A DNA stretch of 64,000 nucleotides, from assembly GCA_030390025.1 (NCBI GenBank), contig CM059431.1:128342001-128406000 (forward strand), in the 5' to 3' direction. The stretch is from Squalus acanthias. Lineage: Eukaryota. The position numbers were made by a program, and so were the translations under genes. The notes below the pieces were generated by a model that saw nothing but the letters and a program-made list of their open reading frames with translations, was not told the origin of the DNA and did no database searches. Below, piece by piece: positions 38,731-49,056 of this stretch (its first letter is position 1; each line of letters starts with the position of its first letter).

Positions 38731-40598
38731 TCTGAAGAGGCTGTGCGCTCTGCGCCTTGTTCCTCCTGAAGCTCCAATCCTCACTGCTGCGCTATGTTGT
38801 GCAGCGCCCAACACACGACTGTGATTCTGGAGACCCTGACTGGTGCATACTGAAGGGCTCCTCCAGATCTGTCAAGGCACCTGAAGTGCATCTTCTGCAT
38901 GCCGATTGCTTACTCTATGACACATCTGGTCATCATGTGGCTTTCATTTTCGTGCTCCTCGGCCTCATTCCTTGGTCTCCTCAAGGGTGTCATGAACCAC
39001 ATCTTCAGTGGATAGCCCTTTTATCCAAGCAGGCAGCCGGTAAGTCTGTTCAGAGGTGCGAAGAGCTGAGGGAGGGTGGACTGGCACAGGACGAAAGAGT
39101 CATGACAACTCCCTGGGAATCTGGCGCACACATTGCATGATGATCTTTTTGTGATTGCAGATGAGCTGCACATTGAGGGAGTGGAAGCCCTTACTGTTCA
39201 CGAACACTCCTGGGTGATCTGGCAGTGCCTTGATGACCACATGTGTGCAGTCGATGACGCCCTGCACTGTGGGAAGCCAGCCAGATCCCCAAAGCCGAGC
39301 GCCCGCTCAGTCAAACTGGCTTCATCAGTGACATATTGTACATAAGTGGCTAACTTGTGAAACATGACATTGGTCACGAGGGTGATGCATTTGTGGGCGG
39401 CCGACTGTGAGATCCTGCAAATGTCTGCTGCAGATCCCTGGAAGGAGCCTGAGGTGAAAAAGTTGAGGGCAGTGGTGACTTTGATACCACTGTTAAGGCG
39501 TGTCCACCAGGTCCTCTGGGCAACAGGTCTTCTTCCAGCAAGCTACAAATGTCTGCTACAACCTGGCACGATAGCCTGAGCCTCCTGAAGCCCGGCTGTT
39601 CAGTCATGTCCAGGATCTCATCCTCTGCCTGTATACTCTGTAGAGGGGGTATTGCCTCCTGCGAGGTGCACCCCTGTGCTCATTCCCTCTCTCCTGTGGA
39701 GCATCAGGTTGGTGAGGAGAAGGCTGCTGGTGTTGTTGCTGCTGGTGTGGCTGGTGCTGTTGGTGTGGCTGGTGCTGTTGGTGCTGGGGCTCATCTTGGT
39801 CCGAATCTGAGGTCCAAGGTGAGACAGCATATGCGGCACCCATGCTGATCTGATAGATGCCAGGTAAAGTGGAGATCAGAGGCACAATCCTCCAATGTAG
39901 TGAGAGTGACTTGCAATGTGGTGAGAGTGGATTCTGAGGTTGCAGAAATCACCTGCAAACTCCTAAAGCAAAATCTCTGCACAAAATGGTGTCAGCAAGA
40001 GCCTTTCCCTTAGACAAGGAAGCAGGGGTAAGGTGTGAGTATGTGTGTGCTTTTCCAGCTGTCACTTAATGAAGTAGCACAATTGCCACTGAGCTCCCGC
40101 CTCCCCTTCACAGGCGAGCTGCACGAAGCCTGTGAATCCTGTCCACAAGCAGTAAAGTATGAATCCTCACATTAAAAACCCTCTTAAGAGTCTCTCAATG
40201 AGCAGTCAAGTATTTCAATAAGGTCGCCCGCCTCTCCCAAGTGATTCTATGGCATGCTTTGAAACGCGCCCCAGTTAAATGCGGAAGTTGTCGGGATGAA
40301 GGCAGGTTCCGGACGCGCTGTCAATTTCAGCGCTTTTAACTGCCGACACACTCCCAAACCCACACTCTCTGCAATGTGAAAATTCCGGCCACTTAGTCTA
40401 TCTATGTACCTTTGTAAAGTTTTGCTCTCATCCATACAACTTAATGTGCCTGCTAACTTAGTGTTATCTGCAAACCTTGATATAAAACTCTCTATTGCTT
40501 CATCCGTCGTTAATATATATGGTGAAAGGCTCAGGCCCCAGTACAGATTCATGGGGAACAACACTCATCACATCCAGCCAATCAGAAAATGAAACCTT

Positions 40599-41500
40599 TG
40601 GGGGAGAAATTGGCCTCCTTTGTGCCTCCCGTTAGCGCCTCCGGGGGGCGATAACGGGGCGCTAAGGGCTTACCGACCAGTCATGGCGAAATTACCGACG
40701 TCCGCAAACTTCTATGGCGGGTTAGCGCTGGCGCTAAAACTTACCGCCTCGATCTCCTGCGCCCCGGAGAGCGTGACGTTATCTGGTGCGCAGCGCCCTG
40801 TTATCGCCCTGGATGTAAAATTCGCTTCTGTCCCCTGCAGCATCGCCGGGCGTCAACAACAGTAGCTGCAGGAGGCGTTGTCACCTCAGCTGGCCACCTG
40901 GGGAGTGCTAATTAAAGGCATTGGTGGGCAGGTAGGCCAAAATTTAATAATGTCCCCAGTGTGCTGTATTTTAATATTTTCCAGTCCGCGATTGATCAGC
41001 CCTGCACTCTATTAGAGTGCTTGGGGCTGCTATGTGCATATCGCAGGTGCCATTGATGACCATTCCCAGCCTTAGCCTTCAATGACCGCAGCATTGGCCC
41101 TTCCCTTTAAGGGGGGGAAGGAGCCTGTAAAACCGGCAGCACTGGACGGAACACTGTGCAGCGCTCTGCCGCTACCGCCCCTCTCGCTCCCTTTAGCGCT
41201 CTAAGGTAAGTGGTAGCGCTGGATTTAGAGCTCCACTTCCCTCTTGGAGCGCTAAACCGGAGGTTCCCGTCGGAATCAATTATGTAGCACCCGGCGATAC
41301 TTTAGCGCTCCCGCAAAAGTTATCGCCCCAAATGGGGCGCTACGCAATTTCTAGCCCCATGTCTCTACTCGCGTAGCGCCCCGTTTGGGGTGATAACTTT
41401 TGCGGGAGTGCAGAAGTATTGGCGGGCACTACACCATTGATTCCGATGGGAACTTCCGGTTTAGCGCTCCAAGAGGGAAGTGGAGTGCCAATTTCTCCCC
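40599..41500. mobile_element. GC-rich Harbinger-type MITE with a terminal inverted duplication
   Basis: ggggagaaattg / caatttctcccc ends; internal end caatttctagcccc at ~41345-41358. Confidence 0.75.
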
Positions 41501-42744
41501 ATTTGTCTCCTACCTCCCAACCTATTACCAACCCATGTCACAAGTTAACCTCCAATTCTTTGTGCTCTCATTTTTGCTAATATTCTCTTGTGCAGAACTT
41601 TGTCAAATGCCTGGAAGAACTAGGTCAAGCGAGAGTGGTAAAGATAAACATTCTCCCTCCATTGCTGTATCTTTTCTAGCTGCGTCCATTTTTGTGCCTT
41701 GTGACACCATAAAAGTGCCTCCATTTTATTCGAATTGTGAGCAGTCTGTGTGTAATGTTACTGTTTGCTGATGCTGAGGTTCAAATAGACATGAGCCCTG
41801 AATTTGCTGGGGCGAGGCATCTTGTGGTGTGTGGCGTTAGTTAGACTTTTCCCTGCACATTTAATCTCCCAAAAATTTTGCAACTTGCTGGTAGTTTGAG
41901 TTTAAAATGGCTTCTGAACGATAGGGCCAGCCATCTATGAAAAAGTCTAACCACATGGCATTATAAGTATGTGAAGACAGACCCGATTAACTCAGTTAGG
42001 GAGTGTCACTGAGAGGTGAGTGATGTGTATCTTTTGAAATGACCTAAAACTAACTTCAAAAAGTCACTAAAATGTAAAAAATACTTTTTAAAAAAACCAG
42101 CAGAAAGTAATTAATAGTTTTTTAAAAGCAGTGGGAAGTAATTAATAGCATACACTTCTTCAGAGAAAAAACAAAGATGTCTGAAGAAAATTTAAATGAA
42201 AGGAAGGGGGCACACAACTTCACAGACGAAGACCTTCTGGGGAATGAGAGGTCCAGGGCACCATGCAAAGTCAGCATGTTGGCATGGAAGAAAGTGGTAC
42301 AGGCGCTCACCGCGAATTTGACAGTCCCATGGACAGCAGAGTAGTGTCGAAAAATTTTTAATGATCTAACCAGAGCTGCAAAGGTTGGTTCAGATTATTA
42401 GACATTTTCAAATTTAGATTCTTTTTAAATGCCATTCATTTCTGATTCACTCAATGAAATAGCCAAAGCTTATATATGAGTAGTCAGAGTTCAATCGAAT
42501 GCTAATTGGTCGTAAAATTCAGTTGCCACGTGAGACAGCCCTCACTAAGTGCTTTTAAATATCTCGCGGGGATGGGGTGCGGGGGAGGTGGGGAGAGGAG
42601 GTTGCATGCCATGAGGAGGTGGGGGAGGGGCAGCTGAAGTGTCGTAGTCACTCCTGTCTCCACACTGCCTCTTGAGGATGCTAACGTGGATGGGGTGCTT
42701 GACTGCGACGAATCTCACCTCATCCCCCCTGGGATGAAACCATT

Positions 42745-43572
42745 GTCTTTGGTCCCCACCACAAACTCCAGTCTCTAGCCACTGACTCCATCCCTCTCCC
42801 TAACATCTGTCTGAGGCTGAACCACACTGTTCGCAACCTTGGTGTCATATTTGACCCTGAAATGAGCTTTCAACCACATATGTGCGGCATAACTAAGACC
42901 GCCTATTTCAATCTCTGTAACGTCACCCATCTCTGCCCTTGCTTCAGCTCATCCACTGCTGAAACCCTCATCCATGCATTTGTTACCTCTAGACCTGACT
43001 ATTCCAACGCACTCCTGGCTGGCCTTCCACGTTCTACCCTACGTAAACTTGAGGCCATCCAAAACTCAGCTGCCCGTGTCCTAACTCGCACCAAGTCCCA
43101 TTCACCCATCACCCCTGTGCTCACTGACCTACATTGGCTCCCAGTTAAGCAACGCCTTGATTTCAAAATTCTCATCCTTGTTTTCAAACCCTCCATGGCC
43201 TCACCCCTCCCTATCTCTGTAATCTCCTTCAGCCACACAACCCCACCCCCCCACCCCAAGATATCTGCACTCCTCTAATTCTGCCCTCTTGAGCATCCCT
43301 GATTATAATCGTTCAACCATTGATGGCCGTGCCTTCTGTTGCCTCGGCCCTAAGCTCTGGAATTCCCTCCCTAAACCTCTCTGCCTCTCTACTTCTCTTT
43401 CTTCCTTTAAGACGCTCCTTAAAGCTTACCTCTTTGACCAAGCTTTTGGTCATCTGGCCTAATTTCTCCTTATGTGGCTCGGTTTCAGTTATAACACTCT
43501 TGTGAAGGGTCTTGGGATGTTTTACTACATTAAAGGCGCTATATAAATACAAGTTGTTGTTGTTGTTGTTGT
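42745..43572 (+). mobile_element. L2 LINE 3' end
   Basis: ORF 42862-43278 (LHWLPV); (ttg)n tail. Confidence 0.9.
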
Positions 43573-44943
43573 TGGGAGTACACCCCCCCCCCCGCCCCCG
43601 CTCTCCAACTCTTGGCCCCACTTGCTCTGCGTGAGACACTCACGACTCCCCTCTCACAGGCAGCCGCCAAGCTGCTGCCACGGGGCATATGAGAGGAGAC
43701 TCACAGCCTGAGCCCGACCTGCCAGGGATGGGTGAGGGACCACTGGGAGGTGGGGGAGATGCGTCCCGATCCCCTGTAAGATGGGATAGATATTGGGCCC
43801 AGCTTGATAATGACTGGGAGAAGGACTTCAGGAGTCCAGAAATGAGAAGCAGGTTGATTGCGGAACATGGCAAGTACCTGGAATTTCTTGAGCAGGAGAT
43901 TAAGTCCCTGGGCAGACCTTTGGGCAGGATTTGGGTAACTTTGGGCAGAAACTTGACCAGATTGGGCAGAACGTGGTATCCTTTGCAAACTTATTCCACG
44001 TGCAGTTGAAGGGTACGTAGCGAGTATGGCTGTACTGGAGCTGATGCCCATGTGGCCCCGCCCCTCCTGTACAGGTTTCCACCAAGGACACAGTCCAGGC
44101 CCACCAGTACCCGGCTGCTGGGGATGAGCCAGCAGCTGCCCCTCCACAGGACCCAGCTGCCAGTACTCACAATGCAACTTCTCCCCATGTCCCCTCGGAG
44201 CAACATCAGCAACCCTGCTCCCTACTCCCTGATCCTGAGTCCACCTCCTCCCGTTCATTCTCACTCACAGTGACCCGCAGGCACGCCCGTGAGGGTACAA
44301 TTCTGCTAAATTTGTTGCTTTTGTTCTTGTCCTTTTGTTGTTGTTGTGTTATTTATTGATATTTATAATTTTCTTTTAATTGCTACTATTATAATTGTTG
44401 TTGTTGCTGCTGTTCTTAAATGATTCAGTCAGAAGTCATTTGCAACTGTTTGAAAGATTGAAAAAATGTAATAATTTCAACATGTTTACAATACAACTGT
44501 TGTCAAAGCAGAAAATGACTGACTACCTCAATTTCTCTTTAAACTGTTGCACTGACTACCTCAATTGTTGTTTAAACTGTTGCAATAAAAGTTATACTGC
44601 TTGATTTTCAATCTTGCCTGTCCTGTGTGCTGTCCACGTGGGGGGGGGGGGGCTGGGGGGGGTGGTGGTGTTGCGGGGAGGGGAGGAGGGATCTTGCCAC
44701 TTTCATTATTGTCCAAATGATTGAGCCACCAGCTGCTCTCTCGCCACCCTGCCCGCTGCAGCCGTGGCTTCCTCAGCGGGGGTCACGACCCATGGCCCCA
44801 GCAACATCCTAGTTCGGATCTTCCAGAATCGTCCATTTCCACCGGTATTGCATCCAACAGGTTACGGGTCAATCCTTCCTACAGGGCACAGCATACCACC
44901 ACAATCCTCGCTACTTTGCTAGGTGAGTACTGCAAAGTACCCC

Positions 44944-45715
44944 TGTAAGATTAGGATCACAGGTCACACACAGGTTACCCAAAGGGTCTTAGGAGTTGTA
45001 AGATTTTTTTATTAAAGAGCTACAGTTTTAAAGCATAATCAGATATTACATGTGGTTTAAGCTAAGTCTAATAGGCATACAACCCATGACAGTAGAGAGC
45101 GATCTCCGACTCCCGAATCGGAATGCCACGACTGGACGGACGGTTGGTTAGCGTGGAGGTCTCGGGTCAGCGGGTCTCTGCAGTCAGAAACAGCAGTCAC
45201 TTCTGTTGATTCGTCCCTCGAGCTGTTGGAGGTGTTCGGCATAAACCAGCATTGATCCACCTCAGAGGCTAAACTTAGTCAAGGTGTTAGGCCTGAGCCA
45301 GCATTGATTTCCACCTCGAAGTAGCCTTCACCCCTCGCTCTCTGATTCCCCCTCTCAGTCCTCTATATTTATTTCGGTGGGCTGTGATCTATCTAGTGTC
45401 AATCATCTATAATGCAAGTGTGGTGCGGGAAGAAATGTCTCACTGTCCTTTTCTGCATGGCTGATGAGGCCTTTCTCTTATCTTTCTGAGGAATGTTTTG
45501 TTATGTTTCTTTAAGGACATTTTATGACCTCGCGGCTCCCTTTTGTCTGGCTATGGTGTTTTCTTGCATTTTACGATCTTCTTATCACTTCCATTTGTCT
45601 TTCGGTGTTTGTTATTTGACCTTGCTGGCCCATCAGCCATTTGTTCCTGACTGCTTTTTAATTTCTGTTCTAAGAATTAAAACCCCAACTTTGAATCTAC
45701 CAGCTATTTCTTACA
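44944..45715 (-). mobile_element. 3' LTR of endogenous retrovirus 1 (772 bp)
   Basis: TGTAAG...CTTACA ends; polypurine tract AAAGAAGGGA at 45718-45727 on minus; AATAAA ~45008-45013 on minus. Confidence 0.9.
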
Positions 45716-45753
45716 ATTCCCTTCTTTGAGAAGGAAATATCCTTATTGACTTC

Positions 45754-47940
45754 TCACAACTTACTCCTAACTACTCTATCTAGTTCTAAGTTATTGGCTC
45801 GTTTCCCTATCCTTTTGATTAGGTGCCGCCGCAGGTAGCATATCAGTATTACCAAGACTATCAGTATGGATCCTTGGCCTATTACTAAGAATAAGCTCAG
45901 CATTCTTAACCAGGGAGTTTGGCTAACATTGTAGACTGATTCATACCACTTCCGTTCCCCTAGCTTTTGGGTTTCTGATTCCATCTCCTCATTCTGCTGG
46001 GTCATTTTGACTAGGTGAGTTTCCGAGGTGCTCGTCCTGTCTAAGATCAATTTGAGGTTTAAGGACAATGGGTGGCCGAACTGGGTTACGGCCTCGAGCG
46101 CTTCGTTCTGCATGGAGATGTTAACTCTGAGTTCTGTGATGTTGTGAGCTGAGGCGGGGAGTAGGACCTGACCCCCTATTATGGCTGTTTGGGTCGGCTT
46201 AAAGCAGAATGTAGGGCTCTGGATGTGACATTCCTGATTCCCATGTTTCATCGTCCCGGCATTGGTGGTGACACAGTACTTCCCCATCTGCAGGTACGTA
46301 TATTTTGCGCTACTGGCCCCCACCGTTGAACGCTTATGTCGCACGTGGGCGACTCTGGGTCCAGGGTGAAGCCACAGGCTGGCTTTCCCGGGTTCCTTAC
46401 ATCACATCGGCACAAATAGGCCCCTCCTCGATCGGAGCAGCACTCGGTGTTTGGGCTATCCCACGTTTGATCTTGGTTGATCAGAATCGGGTGGGGAGTT
46501 AGTTTCATATGATGTGTGGATATCCTGGTCCATGGTCCCTATGGATTCCACTTTAAACACTTCCCATTCGCCTTCTGCCTGTAGGTGAGGTAGCCACAAG
46601 ACCACCGGTACTACACTTCCCTGTACTCCTTCCCTTTAACTAGCTAAGATAACCCGTGCTGCCGGGCTCCTCTGGTATAATTGTGCCCAGCGAACCATCT
46701 ACTAATCAGGCTGTCGTTTATGAAGGATGGAATTTGATTGTTTCCTATATCTCTAAGTCCGTTTGTTATCTGACTAAGCATATAACTCCCATACGCAGAA
46801 CAGACTATAGCCCGGGAAATGTTCTTCTCTGCCTCCCCCTTATCCTGGATGATTTTATTAACTGTTTTTTCTATTTGCTGGATCACCTTTACCTCGCCTC
46901 TGTCAAGAGATTCTGGGATAGTTCTTGGATCACGTCCTGCCCTTCTTTGTTTGTTCCTAATAGAATCCCTTTTAGTTGCATCCTCATTGCCACATTGTGT
47001 TCCCACATGTTCTCTACATTGACCCGATTCCAGGCAGCTGTCCCTGCCGCTGCCCCTATTCCGATCCACTCCCCCAATCCCCTTCTCGTTCTTTGTTTCC
47101 TCCTGGCTTTGGTCATGTTTGCTTTCGCTATTACCTCTTTCTCGTCCCACGATCCCCAGTTATCCTGTGCCTGGTTCTTTGCTAAGAAATCTCTTACCGT
47201 TTTTCCCACAAGCTGATTGAAGTAGGTACGGTATCCTGTTGGGCACAGCCTCCGCGGGAGAGGGATGTTCCTGAAGTGGAGTAGAACGGGCACTATCTCA
47301 TAACTCACATGGTTGTGCAGCTTCTTATAGGTGCAGGTGACCACTTACCCATTCCTTGTCCCTTTCTCTAGCAGTGGGCATTTCCTCACTCTGGTGCTGC
47401 TTGTTTCCTGGCTCATGCCTCTTTCCTCTTTATGTATCTCAATCTGTTGGACCCTTCCCTGCCTGCTACCTGGATGGTCCAGGGGGCCTGCATTAAGACA
47501 TCCTATCATCCCTCTGTGCCTGTTGCTCAGCTTTGGCCAGTTTAGTGTGTCCTGGTTTTGCCCAGGTAGGGGATTCCGACGCTCTTTGGGGTGATCCTAA
47601 CTGAATCCTTGAACCCGAATCCCAGGTCTCCATCGCTCCCCCTTCCCAGTTGGAGTCTTGGTGTTACACTAATTTGATCTTTAATACACTGACATGCTAC
47701 CTTTAGCGCCGCCCCCTCCTGTGATCGTACTACAGGGGGTCCGTCGTCATAGGGCCTCTCCCAGCCGCAGTAATTACAATAGAAAGTCATATTACACCCA
47801 TCCTCGGGAATAGTCCAAGTGTTGTCCTCTGTGGACTCGTTAGTTGGTCGTAGGACCAATCCTTGTCTCACGATGATGTTCATCGGATGGATGATACCGA
47901 TGATTGCTGCCACTTCTATCAGAATCTTGAGTGGAGCCAT
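45754..47940 (-). pseudogene. env: env of retrovirus 1: signal peptide, Ig-like domain, furin site, fusion peptide, Cys-rich region, TM (frameshifted)
   Basis: MAPLKILIEVAAIIGII; RKQRTRR|GLGEWIGIGAAAGTAAW; ECCSDRGGAYLCRCD...CGF...C; WLRMLSLFLVIGQGSILIVLVILICYL; lies between integrase and PPT/LTR. Confidence 0.85.
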
Positions 47941-47976
47941 CCTGTGTCGTGACCTACAACAGAAAATGTGGAGTAT

Positions 47977-49056
47977 TTATTCTTTCACAGTTTTCAACTG
48001 ATTAATGTGGTACCACCTGGGCCTCTTCCTCCCCCTCTTATCCGGGATCTGGACTAAGTTTACCGCGGGGCTGGCTCGGTCTGTGATCGGGCAGGGTCCC
48101 ACCCATTTAGGTTCGAAGGCATGTTCCCTTCTCAGGTAATTTAGGACCATAACCACATCCCCAATCTGATACTCGAAAGGCCGAACCTTTTTGTCAAAGT
48201 ACTTTTTTATCTGTTGTTGGCTTTTCCCGATCTGCTGGGCCAGGAACTCATTTGTTTTCTGAATATGTTCTATCATTGATTCTAACCACCTCTGGTTGGC
48301 CGCCCCCTGCAGGAGTGGGGTGAGAGATGGAGTGAGGAGGTGGGCCAGCGTTCTCATTAGACGCCCCGTCATAGCCTGGAGAGGTGAAATACCCCTGGTG
48401 ATATGTGGGGTTGCTCTCATCGCCATCAGGCACATGGGCAGCATGTTAGCCCATTGTGTGGGGTGGTCTGTACAAAACTTGTTCAACATAGTTTTAAGGG
48501 TTGGGTTCCCCCTTTCCACCACTCCTGATGATTGTGGGTGGTGTGCTATGTGTAGTTTGTGGGGGATTTCCAGGAGTCTCTGGAGTTCAGTGAAGACTTT
48601 CCCGGTGAACTGTGAACCTTGGTCGCTATCCAGCTGGATCAGGATTCCCCACCCGCAGACCACCTCGCACAATAGCAGTTTTGCTGCCGTGAGAGCGGTG
48701 TTGACTCTGCAGGGGAAGGCCTCAATCCATTTTGTGAATTTGTCTATCAGGACCAGACAGTACTTGTAGCCCAGGGGCGCCGTGGCTAGAGGGCCTATAA
48801 AGTCAATGTGGACATGTGTCCAAGGCCTGTTTGGTGGTGGCGGCCGTCGTAGTAGTGCCCTATTAGAGTGATTGCCTGGGTTATGCTGAAGACACGCAAG
48901 ACACCTGTGGACCCTGTTTTCAAAATCCTCGTTACAACCGGGGTACCAGGCCGTGGTGGACAGTTTCCCCAGGGTGATCGTTGCAGAATAATGCCCCCCC
49001 ACCGGGTGGGCGTGTAGTAGATCGAACAGTTCATCTCCCATAGATGGGGGAAACAC
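47977..49056 (-). CDS. pol: Retroviral integrase of retrovirus 1 (uninterrupted 359 aa; rest of pol missing)
   Basis: H-x5-H...CLAC zinc finger; HIDFIGP, DSDQG and VVERGN DDE triad; KWVGP motif. Confidence 0.92.
   Translation of the reverse strand: MFPPSMGDELFDLLHAHPVGGHYSATITLGKLSTTAWYPGCNEDFENRVHRCLACLQHNPGNHSNRALLRRPPPPNRPWTHVHIDFIGPLATAPLGYKYCLVLIDKFTKWIEAFPCRVNTALTAAKLLLCEVVCGWGILIQLDSDQGSQFTGKVFTELQRLLEIPHKLHIAHHPQSSGVVERGNPTLKTMLNKFCTDHPTQWANMLPMCLMAMRATPHITRGISPLQAMTGRLMRTLAHLLTPSLTPLLQGAANQRWLESMIEHIQKTNEFLAQQIGKSQQQIKKYFDKKVRPFEYQIGDVVMVLNYLRREHAFEPKWVGPCPITDRASPAVNLVQIPDKRGRKRPRWYHINQLKTVKE

Larger units (their letters stand above)
29306..40390 (-). mobile_element. Outer Harbinger: transposase on - (~39840-35436), Myb exons on + (33930-35140)
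   Basis: TIRs ggctggaatttt / aaaattccggcc; ACT TSD; the flanking CR1 rejoins across it; transposase motifs [36 protein letters not shown]. Confidence 0.85.

Noticed and set aside
35394..38824. 1000+ aa Leu-, Pro-, Ser-, Arg- and Gly-rich ORFs as real genes (extensin, mucin or protamine-like)
   Set aside because: They are automatic products of a stop-free triplet-based minisatellite; only the Glu frame connects to recognisable (dead) transposase sequence.
45754..47940. Co-opted syncytin-like env gene
   Set aside because: Several frameshifts and in-frame stops in this copy.
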